64,000 nucleotides of DNA from an uncultured delta proteobacterium (lineage in GTDB: Bacteria; Desulfobacterota; Binatia; UBA9968): the NCBI GenBank assembly GCA_963840855.1, contig CAWJBB010000030.1, positions 192,001-256,000 of the forward strand, written 5' to 3'. Shown piece after piece: positions 53,693 to 63,275 of the stretch. Below the pieces are notes generated by a model, which saw nothing but the letters and a program-made list of their open reading frames with translations, ran no database searches and was not told the origin of the DNA. Position 1 is the first letter of the stretch. Each line of letters begins with the position of its first letter. A program made the position numbers and the translations under genes.

Positions 53693-54796
53693 ATGAAACT
53701 GTTACGCCGGCATGCGGCTTTCTCTTGGTTAGTGTTCGGAGCTCTTGGCTTGCCGCTTTTCGCAGCGACCGCGCAGCCGAAGCAAACCAAGCCGCAAGGC
53801 TACCATGTTAGTTCCGGTCGCGAAGAAATCGTCTCAGCGGCGATGAAAGAAGGAAAACTGCGCATTCTCACGACCATGGATGATGCAGACAGCAAAGCGA
53901 ATACGGCGGCGTTCAAAAAGAAATACCCGTTTCTGGATGTCCACGCACAGCAAAGCCGCGGAACTGATTCGGCGCAGCGCTTGTTGCTGGAAATCAAAAG
54001 CGGCATGGCTAAAGAGTGGGATGTTGTGCTGGTCTCCGCGGATTTCTACAGCGAGTATCACCCGTACCTCTGGAAAGTGGATATTCTCGAGATGGCGAAA
54101 AAGGGAGTCCTCCAGATACCGCCGCCGATGATTGATCCTCGCAATAAAAATGTGCTCGCTTCGTTCAGCTACTTTCAAGCGACCGCGTATAATTCCAAGC
54201 TGATCCCGGCCAATTTGGTTCCCAAAACATTGAACGACCTATTGCGACCGGAGCTCAAAGGGCGAAAGTTTGCCGTGGATATTCGACCTAAGGATGTCGC
54301 CGGGCTTGTTCCTGCATGGGGCGTGGAGAAAACTTTGGATTTCGCCCGTAAGATTGCGGCCCAGCAACCGATCTGGGTGCGCGGCGGGACGCGCGTTATG
54401 ATGTCCATTATTTCAGGCGAAATCCCCATGATGATGGGCAATAACTATGGTAGCGTTCGGGAAGCGCAGCGCAAAGATCCTGCGGGTGTGCTCCAGTACG
54501 CAATCCTCGAGCCCGTACCCGTCAGGTTCGGCAACGCTCAGGCGATTTTGATGAGTGCGCGCAATCCTTACGCTGGCTTACTCTGGCTGGAATGGCTTGC
54601 ATCCCCCGAAGCACAGAAAATCATCGACGACACTGAGCCTTACAGTTCTTCGGTTTACGTGCGCGGCGGTGTGGTGGAACAAGAACTCAGGGGCAAGAGC
54701 TTGTCTGTTGTTGATTGGGAGCACTATCCGCAAATGGAAGACTGGCAGGCAAAAATCGTGGCGGCGTACGGTTTCCCCAAGGCCGATACGAAGTGA
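53693..54796 (+). CDS. ABC substrate-binding protein
   Basis: Signal peptide; KEGKL, YNSKLI..PKT.NDLLRPE.KG, YGFPKA. Confidence 0.9.
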   Translation: MKLLRRHAAFSWLVFGALGLPLFAATAQPKQTKPQGYHVSSGREEIVSAAMKEGKLRILTTMDDADSKANTAAFKKKYPFLDVHAQQSRGTDSAQRLLLEIKSGMAKEWDVVLVSADFYSEYHPYLWKVDILEMAKKGVLQIPPPMIDPRNKNVLASFSYFQATAYNSKLIPANLVPKTLNDLLRPELKGRKFAVDIRPKDVAGLVPAWGVEKTLDFARKIAAQQPIWVRGGTRVMMSIISGEIPMMMGNNYGSVREAQRKDPAGVLQYAILEPVPVRFGNAQAILMSARNPYAGLLWLEWLASPEAQKIIDDTEPYSSSVYVRGGVVEQELRGKSLSVVDWEHYPQMEDWQAKIVAAYGFPKADTK

Positions 54797-54839
54797 TCGC
54801 ATTACAGGGAGCCGCGGCTCGAGAGGAGTTTACTGTCAC

Positions 54840-55790
54840 ATGTCTGAAGAAAAACCGACTACGCGCCTGAGAAAGCTGCTCAACAGGACAGATCGGGTGC
54901 TCGTGATGCTTCACCCTCCCAGTGCGACGCATGCGCGGATTATGGAAACTGCCGGCGTCGAAGCGCTGTTCGTCGGGACCGGCGCCGTCGTCGGGGCATA
55001 CACCGGTTTAGCGGATGTGGGAGTGGCGAGCATGACCGAATGTGTAACGATTGCCGGCTGGATCGCGCGCAGTGTTGCGATCCCCGTGATGCTCGATGGC
55101 GACACGGGTCACGGTGGCATCATGGCCGTACGGCGCCTGGTGGCCGAGTGCATCAGGGCAGGGATTGCTGGACTGCGTCTTGACGACCAACCGGGTGAAA
55201 CCAAGCGGGGAACACAAACTTCCGGAATCGAAGTAGCACCGCTCGAAGTTGTCCTGGCCCGTTATCGGGCGGCAGTGGACATGAAGGACGAACTTGATCC
55301 TGATTTCGTGATTATGGCGCAGAGCTACGCGCGCGACGCGGCCAATGGCGGATTCGATGAGTTTTTACGGCGGATCAAAGCTTACAAAGAACAGGCCAAA
55401 GTGGATTGGGTTCAATTTGAATCGCCTCACTCGATAGAGGAGATTCAGCAAGCGCGCGCGGCTGTGGCGGGAACTTTCTCTGCGCAGAAAGGCAAGCTCT
55501 CACGAATTCTATCTCTCAAAGAGCATCTCGAATTGGGGCTCAACGCAGCGTGGTATTCCGGTATGGGAACCGCAGTCACCTATGCCGCGCTGTGGGATTT
55601 TCTGCAGGATTTCCAACAACGCGAGCTCGCAGCCTGGGAGGATTTCCGCGCAGCCCACAAAGATAATCCGTATCTGCGCGGTAGCCGCGGGGCAAGTCCG
55701 GAAGGGCGCGAAAAACAACGCGAGCTGGAGGAACGCTATTTCCCGAACGAGATGCTGCAGAAATACCGCGACCCTTCCGACAAACGCTAA
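54840..55790 (+). CDS. Isocitrate lyase/PEP mutase family protein
   Basis: GLADVG, DGDTGHGG, LDDQ; catalytic-loop position reads TKRGTQ rather than KxCGH. Confidence 0.88.
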   Translation: MSEEKPTTRLRKLLNRTDRVLVMLHPPSATHARIMETAGVEALFVGTGAVVGAYTGLADVGVASMTECVTIAGWIARSVAIPVMLDGDTGHGGIMAVRRLVAECIRAGIAGLRLDDQPGETKRGTQTSGIEVAPLEVVLARYRAAVDMKDELDPDFVIMAQSYARDAANGGFDEFLRRIKAYKEQAKVDWVQFESPHSIEEIQQARAAVAGTFSAQKGKLSRILSLKEHLELGLNAAWYSGMGTAVTYAALWDFLQDFQQRELAAWEDFRAAHKDNPYLRGSRGASPEGREKQRELEERYFPNEMLQKYRDPSDKR

Positions 55791-56018
55791 TCTGCTGCAA
55801 GGTTTGGAACCCTTGGAAAAAATCCGGCCTACGACGCCTTACATGCTGACCATCGACGACGTCAGAGAGTTTCCGAGGTATGAGAAAACGTGGAAGGAAA
55901 CCTTTCAGATCCGCTGAAATGAAATTACCGGAACGATCCAGAACAGCGCGGCTCGGAATTTTCATCGGGTCACAGAATCCGTATTCAGGCTGCACTTAGG
56001 TCTACTCTATGCGCCCGT

Positions 56019-57140
56019 CTATTTTTGGCCCTCAGCTTTAGGGAAACCATAGGCGTCAAACACTTTCTTCTGAAGCTCTTGCATCTTAGGGGAGTGGTCC
56101 CACGCCACCAAAGAGGATTTTTTTCCCCGCGTGACTTGATAGGCAATTGTGCCGGGCGTGAAAACAGAACCCTCAAAACTGCTCTCTATTATTTTCTGTG
56201 CTTCCGGACTGGCAACGAATTCAAGCCACAAAAGACCGGCATAGGGAGATGCAGCTTTGTCAAAAACAGCCTCATGGTCGCCGATCCGAAGCGGGATAGG
56301 TTCAACGACCTTGTAAGCAAGATCGCCGGCTTTGTCTTTCTCCATGGCTGCCTTAGTGCTGTTTAAATTAGCTCCGAGGAGCATCGGGTATTCTCCCGCA
56401 ACCATCGCCGCAAGCACTCGGGAATGACCTCGGACCCAGACCGGGTTTTGCGCGGCTATCCCTTTGGCAAATTGCAGAGTTTTTTCAAGTCCCCAGGCAG
56501 GAACCAAGGCGGCAACCTCCGAGGGCCGGATGTCGACGACGAATTTTTTCTCTTTGAATTCGGGTTTTAAGAAGTCATCCCATACGCCGGGAACCTTGTC
56601 CTCGGAGATTAGTTTCTTGTTGTAGGCCACAACCTGGGTATTGGTGGTGTAAGCCAGAATGTTGCGGTTTACCGGGTCGATCATCTCCGGCGGAATGCGG
56701 AGAACACCGTGCTGTGCCATGCCCAGGAGGTCAAGTTTCATTTGGTGCGGGAGGTAGTCGTCGTATAAGTCTGCGGCAACATAGTTCGTATCCCAGCCCT
56801 TTGCTGCACCGCTTTTCATTTCCAGGACCATGCGCTGATGTGTATCCGTTCCCTGGACCTCCTCTGCGCGCAGATCAATGAAGGGGTATTTCTTTTTGAA
56901 CGCTTCCGTAAGCAGCTTCAGGCTTCTTTGCGTTGTCAGAACGCGTACCCGCCCCTCTTTTTTTGCTTTGGCGACTATTTCGTCGTGACTGGTTTCGAAG
57001 ATATACCCTTTGGCTTTCGCCGCCTGCTTCGCTTTGGGTAAGTCAGGACTTGGCGCGGCAGAATAGGCAAGCGGAGTTGCCAGCCCGGGAGCAAACAGCA
57101 GCGCCAATAGCGCGAATTGGGACAAATACCGAAGGTTCAT
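56019..57140 (-). CDS. ABC substrate-binding protein
   Basis: Signal peptide; AKKEGRV, YNKKLI, PEFKEKKFVVDIRP, YGFPKA; paralog of 53693 and 59263. Confidence 0.9.
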   Translation of the reverse strand: MNLRYLSQFALLALLFAPGLATPLAYSAAPSPDLPKAKQAAKAKGYIFETSHDEIVAKAKKEGRVRVLTTQRSLKLLTEAFKKKYPFIDLRAEEVQGTDTHQRMVLEMKSGAAKGWDTNYVAADLYDDYLPHQMKLDLLGMAQHGVLRIPPEMIDPVNRNILAYTTNTQVVAYNKKLISEDKVPGVWDDFLKPEFKEKKFVVDIRPSEVAALVPAWGLEKTLQFAKGIAAQNPVWVRGHSRVLAAMVAGEYPMLLGANLNSTKAAMEKDKAGDLAYKVVEPIPLRIGDHEAVFDKAASPYAGLLWLEFVASPEAQKIIESSFEGSVFTPGTIAYQVTRGKKSSLVAWDHSPKMQELQKKVFDAYGFPKAEGQK

Positions 57141-57215
57141 AAAATACGTCCGCTCCATTTTCAGATGGGGGCCCGCTTATTCTGCTGGGGCTCCCTCTTT
57201 TATGACGCGCCCCGC

Positions 57216-57340
57216 AGCTGTAGGCATCGGTCTCGTACGCTGACCGAATCGCGTCGTCCCGATTCTCGTGTTGCCGACGTATGGCGCTAAGCTTTGCTGC
57301 CGGTCCCCGTTGTTGCATCCTCAGTATGTTAACATCCTCG
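57216..57340 (-). pseudogene. Possible C-terminal remnant of a RAYT/IS200-like Y1 transposase
   Basis: QQRGPAAKLSAIRRQHENRDDAIRSAYETDAYS resembles the pre-HTH C-terminal segment of such proteins (recognised from memory). Confidence 0.4.
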
Positions 57341-57350
57341 GTTTGATGCC

Positions 57351-57393
57351 CCGAAGGCAGAGGTCACAAGTTCGAATCTTGTCGGGTGCGCCA
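57351..57393 (+). tRNA. 3' half of tRNA-Arg(CCG) (fragment; att-site-like)
   Basis: CCG-AA-GGCAG-AGGTC-ACAAG-TTCGAAT-CTTGT-CGGGTGC-GCCA: anticodon, T-arm, acceptor 3' strand and CCA; no 5' half upstream. Confidence 0.85.
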
Positions 57394-57405
57394 GACCTCA
57401 AATCC

Positions 57406-58479
57406 TTACTCCGGCGCATACACCACGATGCATCCACGGCAGGCCAACTCCTTCGCTGTCGTGGCCACATAGACGCGATTGTTGGCGAGACTCACCCCGA
57501 GCGAGCGCGCGCCATTCGACGTCGGTATCTGCTGCAGGCCCTTTTTCGTCTTGGTGTCGACCACCATCAAGGTTCCACCTGAGGTGGAATGGTAGTACTG
57601 GCCGAGTTTGCGATTCACCGTCGAGCCGCCGTTGCCGCCGTATCCCGTGAGATATGTTTCCACCTTGCCGGCCGCGATATCGAAAATCGCCATGTCACCG
57701 CCGGGCTTGGGAGACGGGCCGTGGACGCTGCTGCAACCCAGGAAAATGGTCGAGTCCGAGACGATGGCGAGACTATGCGGATGACACCCACCGAGTTCGT
57801 GCAGCTTCACGAGCTTGCCGTTTTTGGGATCGGTCTGCGCCAACAATCCCTTGGTGGTGTCGGCGCGTGATACCGGGATGGCTGTGTAGAACATGCCGCT
57901 TGGCGCGTGATACGCGGAACGCTCCAGGTTCTCGCCGGATTCCGGAATAGGGATCTTCGCCAGGATTTTGTGATCGGGCGCAGTCGAGATGAAGCTGAGG
58001 AACGGCGGATCGTCGTTCGAATTGGCGACGATGACGACGCCGATGTCTTCGCCCATGGCCATCCCGTTGGCGCGCTTTTTTCCGCCAGTGGCGACCGTCC
58101 CCGTAATCTGGCCGGTCTTGGCATCGATCACCTTGATCGCGCTGTCGCCGTCGCTCACCCATACTTCGGCGCCGCCCTTGACGACCACAACACCATTCGG
58201 TCCCGAGGCATTGCCATCCTTTAACCGTCCGACGAAGCCCGGTATCCGCGAGACGAATTTGTCGGTCTTAGTATCGAAGACGACAACGGATTTGTTGGTC
58301 TTGTCGGCGAGATAGCCAAGACCCGTCGTTTGGTCGATGGCCATAATGCCGATGTCGGTGATCGGATCACCGGGAATTGATATTTCTGCGACCTGTTTCA
58401 GGCCTCCGGCCTGCGCGGGACTAGCGGAGATCATGGCGGCGAGTGCTGCAACGATCACGGACGTGGAACGCGACTTCAT
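57406..58479 (-). CDS. Secreted YncE/YVTN-like beta-propeller protein
   Basis: GGGAGG RBS, signal peptide, repeated beta-blade segments (YLADKTN, SGPNGVV, WVSDGDS). Confidence 0.8.
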   Translation of the reverse strand: MKSRSTSVIVAALAAMISASPAQAGGLKQVAEISIPGDPITDIGIMAIDQTTGLGYLADKTNKSVVVFDTKTDKFVSRIPGFVGRLKDGNASGPNGVVVVKGGAEVWVSDGDSAIKVIDAKTGQITGTVATGGKKRANGMAMGEDIGVVIVANSNDDPPFLSFISTAPDHKILAKIPIPESGENLERSAYHAPSGMFYTAIPVSRADTTKGLLAQTDPKNGKLVKLHELGGCHPHSLAIVSDSTIFLGCSSVHGPSPKPGGDMAIFDIAAGKVETYLTGYGGNGGSTVNRKLGQYYHSTSGGTLMVVDTKTKKGLQQIPTSNGARSLGVSLANNRVYVATTAKELACRGCIVVYAPE

Positions 58480-58569
58480 CGGCTCCCTCCCTGTATCTTT
58501 TCTTGGCAAGCATTAGCGACACATTATCACGATCAGACCCATGGACGCATCACTACAACAGAGAGAGCC

Positions 58570-58688
58570 ATAATGAAAGCCCCTTGAGCTAAAAGCGAAA
58601 GCTGTGGCAGCACGCTAGCCCAAGTCTCATTGTCCATTGCTCGCCAAGTTGCGCAGGCTTTGCGGAGAGTATGCGGGGTAATTCGCAT
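58570..58688 (-). pseudogene. Possible tyrosine recombinase fragment
   Basis: RITPHTLRKACATW resembles the H-x-L-R box II; rest degenerate. Confidence 0.4.
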
Positions 58689-58982
58689 CGCTTGCAGTCT
58701 CGCTCGGCGACCGGTGATGGCATATCCGCTTGCAAATGTTTGCAAGGGTGTTCGAAAGTTTGATGCGATTTTTTATGATGGGTCGTGGAGGTCTAGACCG
58801 TTGTCTCGGTCTTACGTTCTCCAGCGCAGCGTCTCGCCCTTTACGGGATTGACGAACGGCTGGCCGCTCTCCGAAGACGCCAGCCACGCCTTCTTCAGCT
58901 GCAGATACCATTTCATCGATTTATCGGCATAGTTGATCAGAATTTGCAGTGGCGAATGACGCAGACCATCCTGCGGCGTGCT

Positions 58983-59120
58983 ATTTTCTCTGCCGACGTT
59001 TTCAGGGAACGCGATGAGGCGATCGGCTACGAGTTCCGAGTGCTCGATGAGGTCGGTGGCGTGGCTGACAACACCCGGAATCAGGATCTTCCCGGCGGGG
59101 AGTTTTACGTCGCGCCAGAC
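58983..59120 (-). pseudogene. Cobalamin-independent methionine synthase II family remnant
   Basis: Uncalled frame VWRDVKLPAGKILIPGVVSHATDLIEHSELVADRLIAFPENVGREN. Confidence 0.75.
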
Positions 59121-59262
59121 CTGATACTCAAGATCGCTCTCTGACTATCACTTTAACTCCAATTGTGAGATACAGTGGGCGAGTGCCGCTATGCTTTAGG
59201 CATCAGCCTACGAGCGACGGCTCTGATCCGGCACACGGGCAAAAAACCAAAGGGTATGCGCC

Positions 59263-60399
59263 ATGGACACGACTTTTACGCGGAGAGTCTCATTGTTGCT
59301 GATTCTCGTTCTTTCCGGTTCCTGTGCAGTAGCTTCCGCTGTTATTGCCGCCTCCGCTGAGCCCAAATCAGTTACAGCTTCGCACCTCGATTCCAAGAAA
59401 CAGGGCTACACGTCCTTCGGCACCAAAGATGAAATCGTGGCTGGTGCCAGGAAAGAGGGTAGCCTGCGCGCGATGAGTCAATTCGATCAGAGAACAAATA
59501 AGGCTTGGGTTAGTGCTTTCAAGAAGCGGTATTCGTTTATTGATGTTCAGGTAGCCGATGCCACCGGAACTGACCCGCAGCAGCGGCTGCTCCTCGAATT
59601 AAAGAGCGGGCGACCGACAGGCTGGGACGTCTATGACATAGCTCCGGACTTTCATTCCGAATACCTTCCGTATACCGGGAAGTTTGACATCATGGGAATG
59701 GCTACGGCGAAGGTTCTCGCAATACCCGTACCCATGATCGACCCAAAGAATCACAATGCAGTGAGTATCGCGAGTTCCGCCCATGGAATCGCATACAACA
59801 GAAAGCTGATCCCAGAGGGTAAACTCCCCAAGTCATGGGACGACTTCCTAAGGCCGGAGTTCAAAGGAAAAAAATTTCTAGTTGATACTCGCCCCCAAGG
59901 ATTCGCCGCTCTCGCCGCGGGACTAGGTGAGAAGTGGGTCGTAGATTATGCGCGGAAGATAGCGGCGCAGGATCCAGTTTGGGTACGTGGTCAGAGCCGT
60001 TATTTCACCTCCATAGCACAGGGAGAGCACGCGTTGTTTCACCTCGCGTATCAATACAGTTGCGTAAGAACAGCGAAGAAAGTCCCCACCGATTCTTTGG
60101 GATGTGAAATCGTTGAGCCTGTGCCGGTTAGGATTCAAAACTTTTTAGCGATAAATAGTACTGCTCAACACCCAAACTCCAGCCTTCTCTGGCTGGAATT
60201 TCTCGCAAGCCCTGAGGGCCAGAGGATTATTGACGAGCATGAGGAATTCAATGCATCGTTGTTTTCTCCAGGCTCAAAACTCGCAAACTTGATTCAGGGA
60301 AAGAAACTGTCCGTGAATAGTTGGGACACTATTCACAATAGCGATAAGTGGCAACGGATGGTCATCGAGGCCGTCGGGTTCCCGACTGCGGAGAAGTAA
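59263..60399 (+). CDS. ABC substrate-binding protein
   Basis: Signal peptide; ARKEGSL, YNRKLI..PKSWDDFLRPEFKG, VGFPTA. Confidence 0.9.
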   Translation: MDTTFTRRVSLLLILVLSGSCAVASAVIAASAEPKSVTASHLDSKKQGYTSFGTKDEIVAGARKEGSLRAMSQFDQRTNKAWVSAFKKRYSFIDVQVADATGTDPQQRLLLELKSGRPTGWDVYDIAPDFHSEYLPYTGKFDIMGMATAKVLAIPVPMIDPKNHNAVSIASSAHGIAYNRKLIPEGKLPKSWDDFLRPEFKGKKFLVDTRPQGFAALAAGLGEKWVVDYARKIAAQDPVWVRGQSRYFTSIAQGEHALFHLAYQYSCVRTAKKVPTDSLGCEIVEPVPVRIQNFLAINSTAQHPNSSLLWLEFLASPEGQRIIDEHEEFNASLFSPGSKLANLIQGKKLSVNSWDTIHNSDKWQRMVIEAVGFPTAEK

Positions 60400-60461
60400 C
60401 GTGACATACATTTCGGAACGTTAGGAACTTTCACCTGGAATATTCGCATAAAGGAGAAAAC

Positions 60462-62135
60462 ATGGCAGAGCTCGAAGTGTTAAATCCGGTGGCGGCGATC
60501 CGCGGCGAGCTAAACGCTCGGGAGGTTAGCCCCCGACTAACGAGTCTGGAGGGAAGGACGCTGGGGTTGTTGTGGTCAGGAACTACCAACGGTGACGTGG
60601 CATTGCGCCGGGTGGAGCACCGTCTGCAGGAGCGATTTCCCAATATTCGAACGAAGTTCTACCGTGGCGAGCATCCGTTTGCCGAAACCTTGCTGCGCGA
60701 CGTAGCGCAGGCGTGCGACGGGGTTGTGATCGCGACCGCCGATTGAGGGACCTGTAGCTCGTGGAGTATCCACGGGGCAGTAGAACTGGAGAAACTAGGA
60801 AGACCAGCGGTTACCATTGTGTCGGGGCGGTTGGAGGGGGACGCCGTCGAAAGCGCCCGTGTGTTCGGGATGCCGCATCTGCAGTATGTAGTAGTGCCCT
60901 GGATATATCGGAACCTGGACGCCGAGCGCGTGTTGGAGCAGACGGACGGAGCGATCGATGACGTGGTGTGCGAGCTTACGACGGCGCGGCAGGCGAGAAA
61001 TGGGCATGTTGTTTCGTCCGAGTCGGAGCGATTCAAAGGATGCGATCGGTTCGAGGCGGTGGAGCGGATGAACGAAGCATTTCTCCTGCGCGACTGGGGC
61101 GACGGCTATCCACTGCTGCCTCCGACCCCCGAGGCGGTGGATCGACTACTTAAGGGAACCTGCCTGCCGCGAGATCACGTGCTGTGTGATCTACCGCCCG
61201 GATGGGGATTGGCAACGATTGAGAAGGTAGCCATCAATGCAGCCATGGCAGGGGCGAAGCCGGAGCAGATGCCGGTAATCTTGGCGGCTCTCAAGGCGCT
61301 CTCCAAGGTGGATCCGGAGATGGCGCGGCACATCCTCATGTCCACCGGCTCCCACGCCTCCCTGCTCGTGGTGAACGGGCCTATCGCAAAGGAAATCGGG
61401 ATCAACGGGCGGGCGTGTATGGGCCCAGGCCGGGACAACCATGTAAACCTGACGATCGGTCGCTCATACACGTTGTGTCTGAAGAACATTGGCCAGTGGT
61501 ACCCTGGGCAAATGGATATGGATACGGTGGGCTCCGTGCGCAAGTTTACCGTGTGCGTGGCTGAGAACGAGGAAGCGAGCCCGTGGGAGCCCTTCCACGT
61601 CGAGAAAGGATACCGCAAAGACGACAGTGTCGTTACCCACATGGCTACTCGGGGGGAGATCGATATAATCGACCAGGGGAACACTATCCCCGAGCGGGTC
61701 CTGATGAACATCGCCTTTAACTCCACCATGGGACAGAAAGATCTGCGGCACGGGGCAGATTCAGAAATCGGTCGCCGAATCATCCTCATGGTGCCGCCGG
61801 ATCCGGCGCGAATAATCGGTGAGGGCGGCTTTAGCAAGCAGGCGGCGAAGGAGTTCATTCATTTTCACGCCCGCAAGTCCTTGCTTCACACTCTTGCGTA
61901 CGTACCGCTGCGCAGCACGGAGGGCGATCTCCGGTGGCTGCCGCGACACTGGCGCTGGCTGCGAGACCTTTCGGACAAGGAGCTGGACCAGATCCTCGAG
62001 CCGGTGGTGGACCGCGCCGACCGGTACGATCTGTTCTGCGTGGGGGCGGACCGGGCGAAATTCCAGATCATGCCCGGGGGGCCTTCCGTCCCCTCACTGG
62101 AGAACATCGACCAGTACCGCGCCAGCGCCGGATAA
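60462..62135 (+). CDS. UGSC-family selenoprotein fused to a large uncharacterised domain (557 aa, Sec95 at UGA 60744-60746)
   Basis: AAGGAG RBS; ORFs 60462..60746 and 60819..62135 are in the same frame and separated only by TGA; read-through gives ATAD-U-GTCSSWSIHGAVELEKLGRPAVTIV. Confidence 0.85.
60752..60780 (+). promoter_or_regulatory. Candidate bacterial SECIS element
   Basis: CTGT(AG)CTCGTGGA-GTA-TCCACGGG-GCAG: 12-bp stem with a 2-nt bulge; G-starting apical loop after a 19-nt spacer from the UGA. Confidence 0.7.
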
Positions 62136-62156
62136 ATGAGGGAAGAGGGTGCGAAT

Positions 62157-63236
62157 ATGAAGCGGAAAAGAACAACATGTGAGCTCGTTCTTGTATCGCT
62201 TTTCTGCGCGTTCCTGATCGGTCCCCTCATTGTAAATGACGCTTTCTCACAAGCTCCTTTCTACGAAGGCAAGACCATCAGAGCTATCATAGGCCAATCG
62301 CCGGGTGGCTTGGGAGACAGCCGGCTCAAGGCTGTCATTCCTTTTCTGCAGAAGTATATTCCGGGAAAGCCCCTAATCGTTAGGGAGTATATGGAGGGGG
62401 CAGGGGGCCAGAAAGCCGCAAACTATGTTCACAAGACCGCCCGTCCAGATGGCCTTACCATCGGCTTTTATGCCGCAGGCACGGTGCCGGCGGCCGTCCT
62501 CGGACAACCTGGAGTGCTCTACGACCTCAAGGAAGTGATTTTTCTTGGGGCCCACCAGACTGGGCGCCCAACGGTTTTTTTTACCCGCAAAGAATTAGGT
62601 CTGGACAATCTAGACAAACTGCGGATGCACTCCGGTTTGCGCATCGGCGCTCAGGCGGTCGGGCATGGCACGTACTATGTCAGTCGACTGTTCGCCTACG
62701 TATTTGGTCTCCGCGAGCCAAAATGGGTTACGGGCTATAGTGGCCCGGAGTCCGACATTGCCATCGCGAGCGGTGAGATTGATGCTCGGGGTTCTGCGAC
62801 GCATCAAATCGTAACTTCTCGATCAGACTGGGTCGAGAAGGACCTCATGCACTTTCACGCTATTTACGAAGTTCCCAAAGGCAATGGGCACCCGCATCCT
62901 CGCTTTGCTCGACTCCCCGAGTACAGCAGTTTTGCGAAGTCCGAGAGAGAAAAAAAAGTCATAGAATTATATCGGACGACGCAAAGCGCCTCCCATCCCT
63001 TTGTTCTTCCTCCGGGCACTCCTAAAGAGAACGTCCAGATTCTCCGGGAAGCGGTGCGAAAGATGTTTGAGGATCCGCAATTCTACAAGGAATACGAAAA
63101 GCTCACCGGGGAAGCATCCCGGCCAATGAACGGGGAGGCGCTCGAAAAGGAGATCAGGAGCATGGCCGGCGAACCAGACGTCGTAGAGTTGCTCAAGAAA
63201 ATTGGCGGACCTGATCCCTTACCGGCCCGCCAGTAA
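62157..63236 (+). CDS. TctC/Bug-family substrate-binding protein
   Basis: Signal peptide; PFYEGKTI..GQSPGG..YIPGKP..GAGG..PDGLT..LPPGTPKE. Confidence 0.9.
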   Translation: MKRKRTTCELVLVSLFCAFLIGPLIVNDAFSQAPFYEGKTIRAIIGQSPGGLGDSRLKAVIPFLQKYIPGKPLIVREYMEGAGGQKAANYVHKTARPDGLTIGFYAAGTVPAAVLGQPGVLYDLKEVIFLGAHQTGRPTVFFTRKELGLDNLDKLRMHSGLRIGAQAVGHGTYYVSRLFAYVFGLREPKWVTGYSGPESDIAIASGEIDARGSATHQIVTSRSDWVEKDLMHFHAIYEVPKGNGHPHPRFARLPEYSSFAKSEREKKVIELYRTTQSASHPFVLPPGTPKENVQILREAVRKMFEDPQFYKEYEKLTGEASRPMNGEALEKEIRSMAGEPDVVELLKKIGGPDPLPARQ

Positions 63237-63275
63237 GGCGCCGAAACGAGCAAAGAAGGGCCAGCGGAATTCGCT

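Noticed and set aside
57351-57393. Functional or split tRNA, or tRNA-Sec
   Set aside because: No 5' half or D-arm in the window, the anticodon is CCG and the variable arm is short
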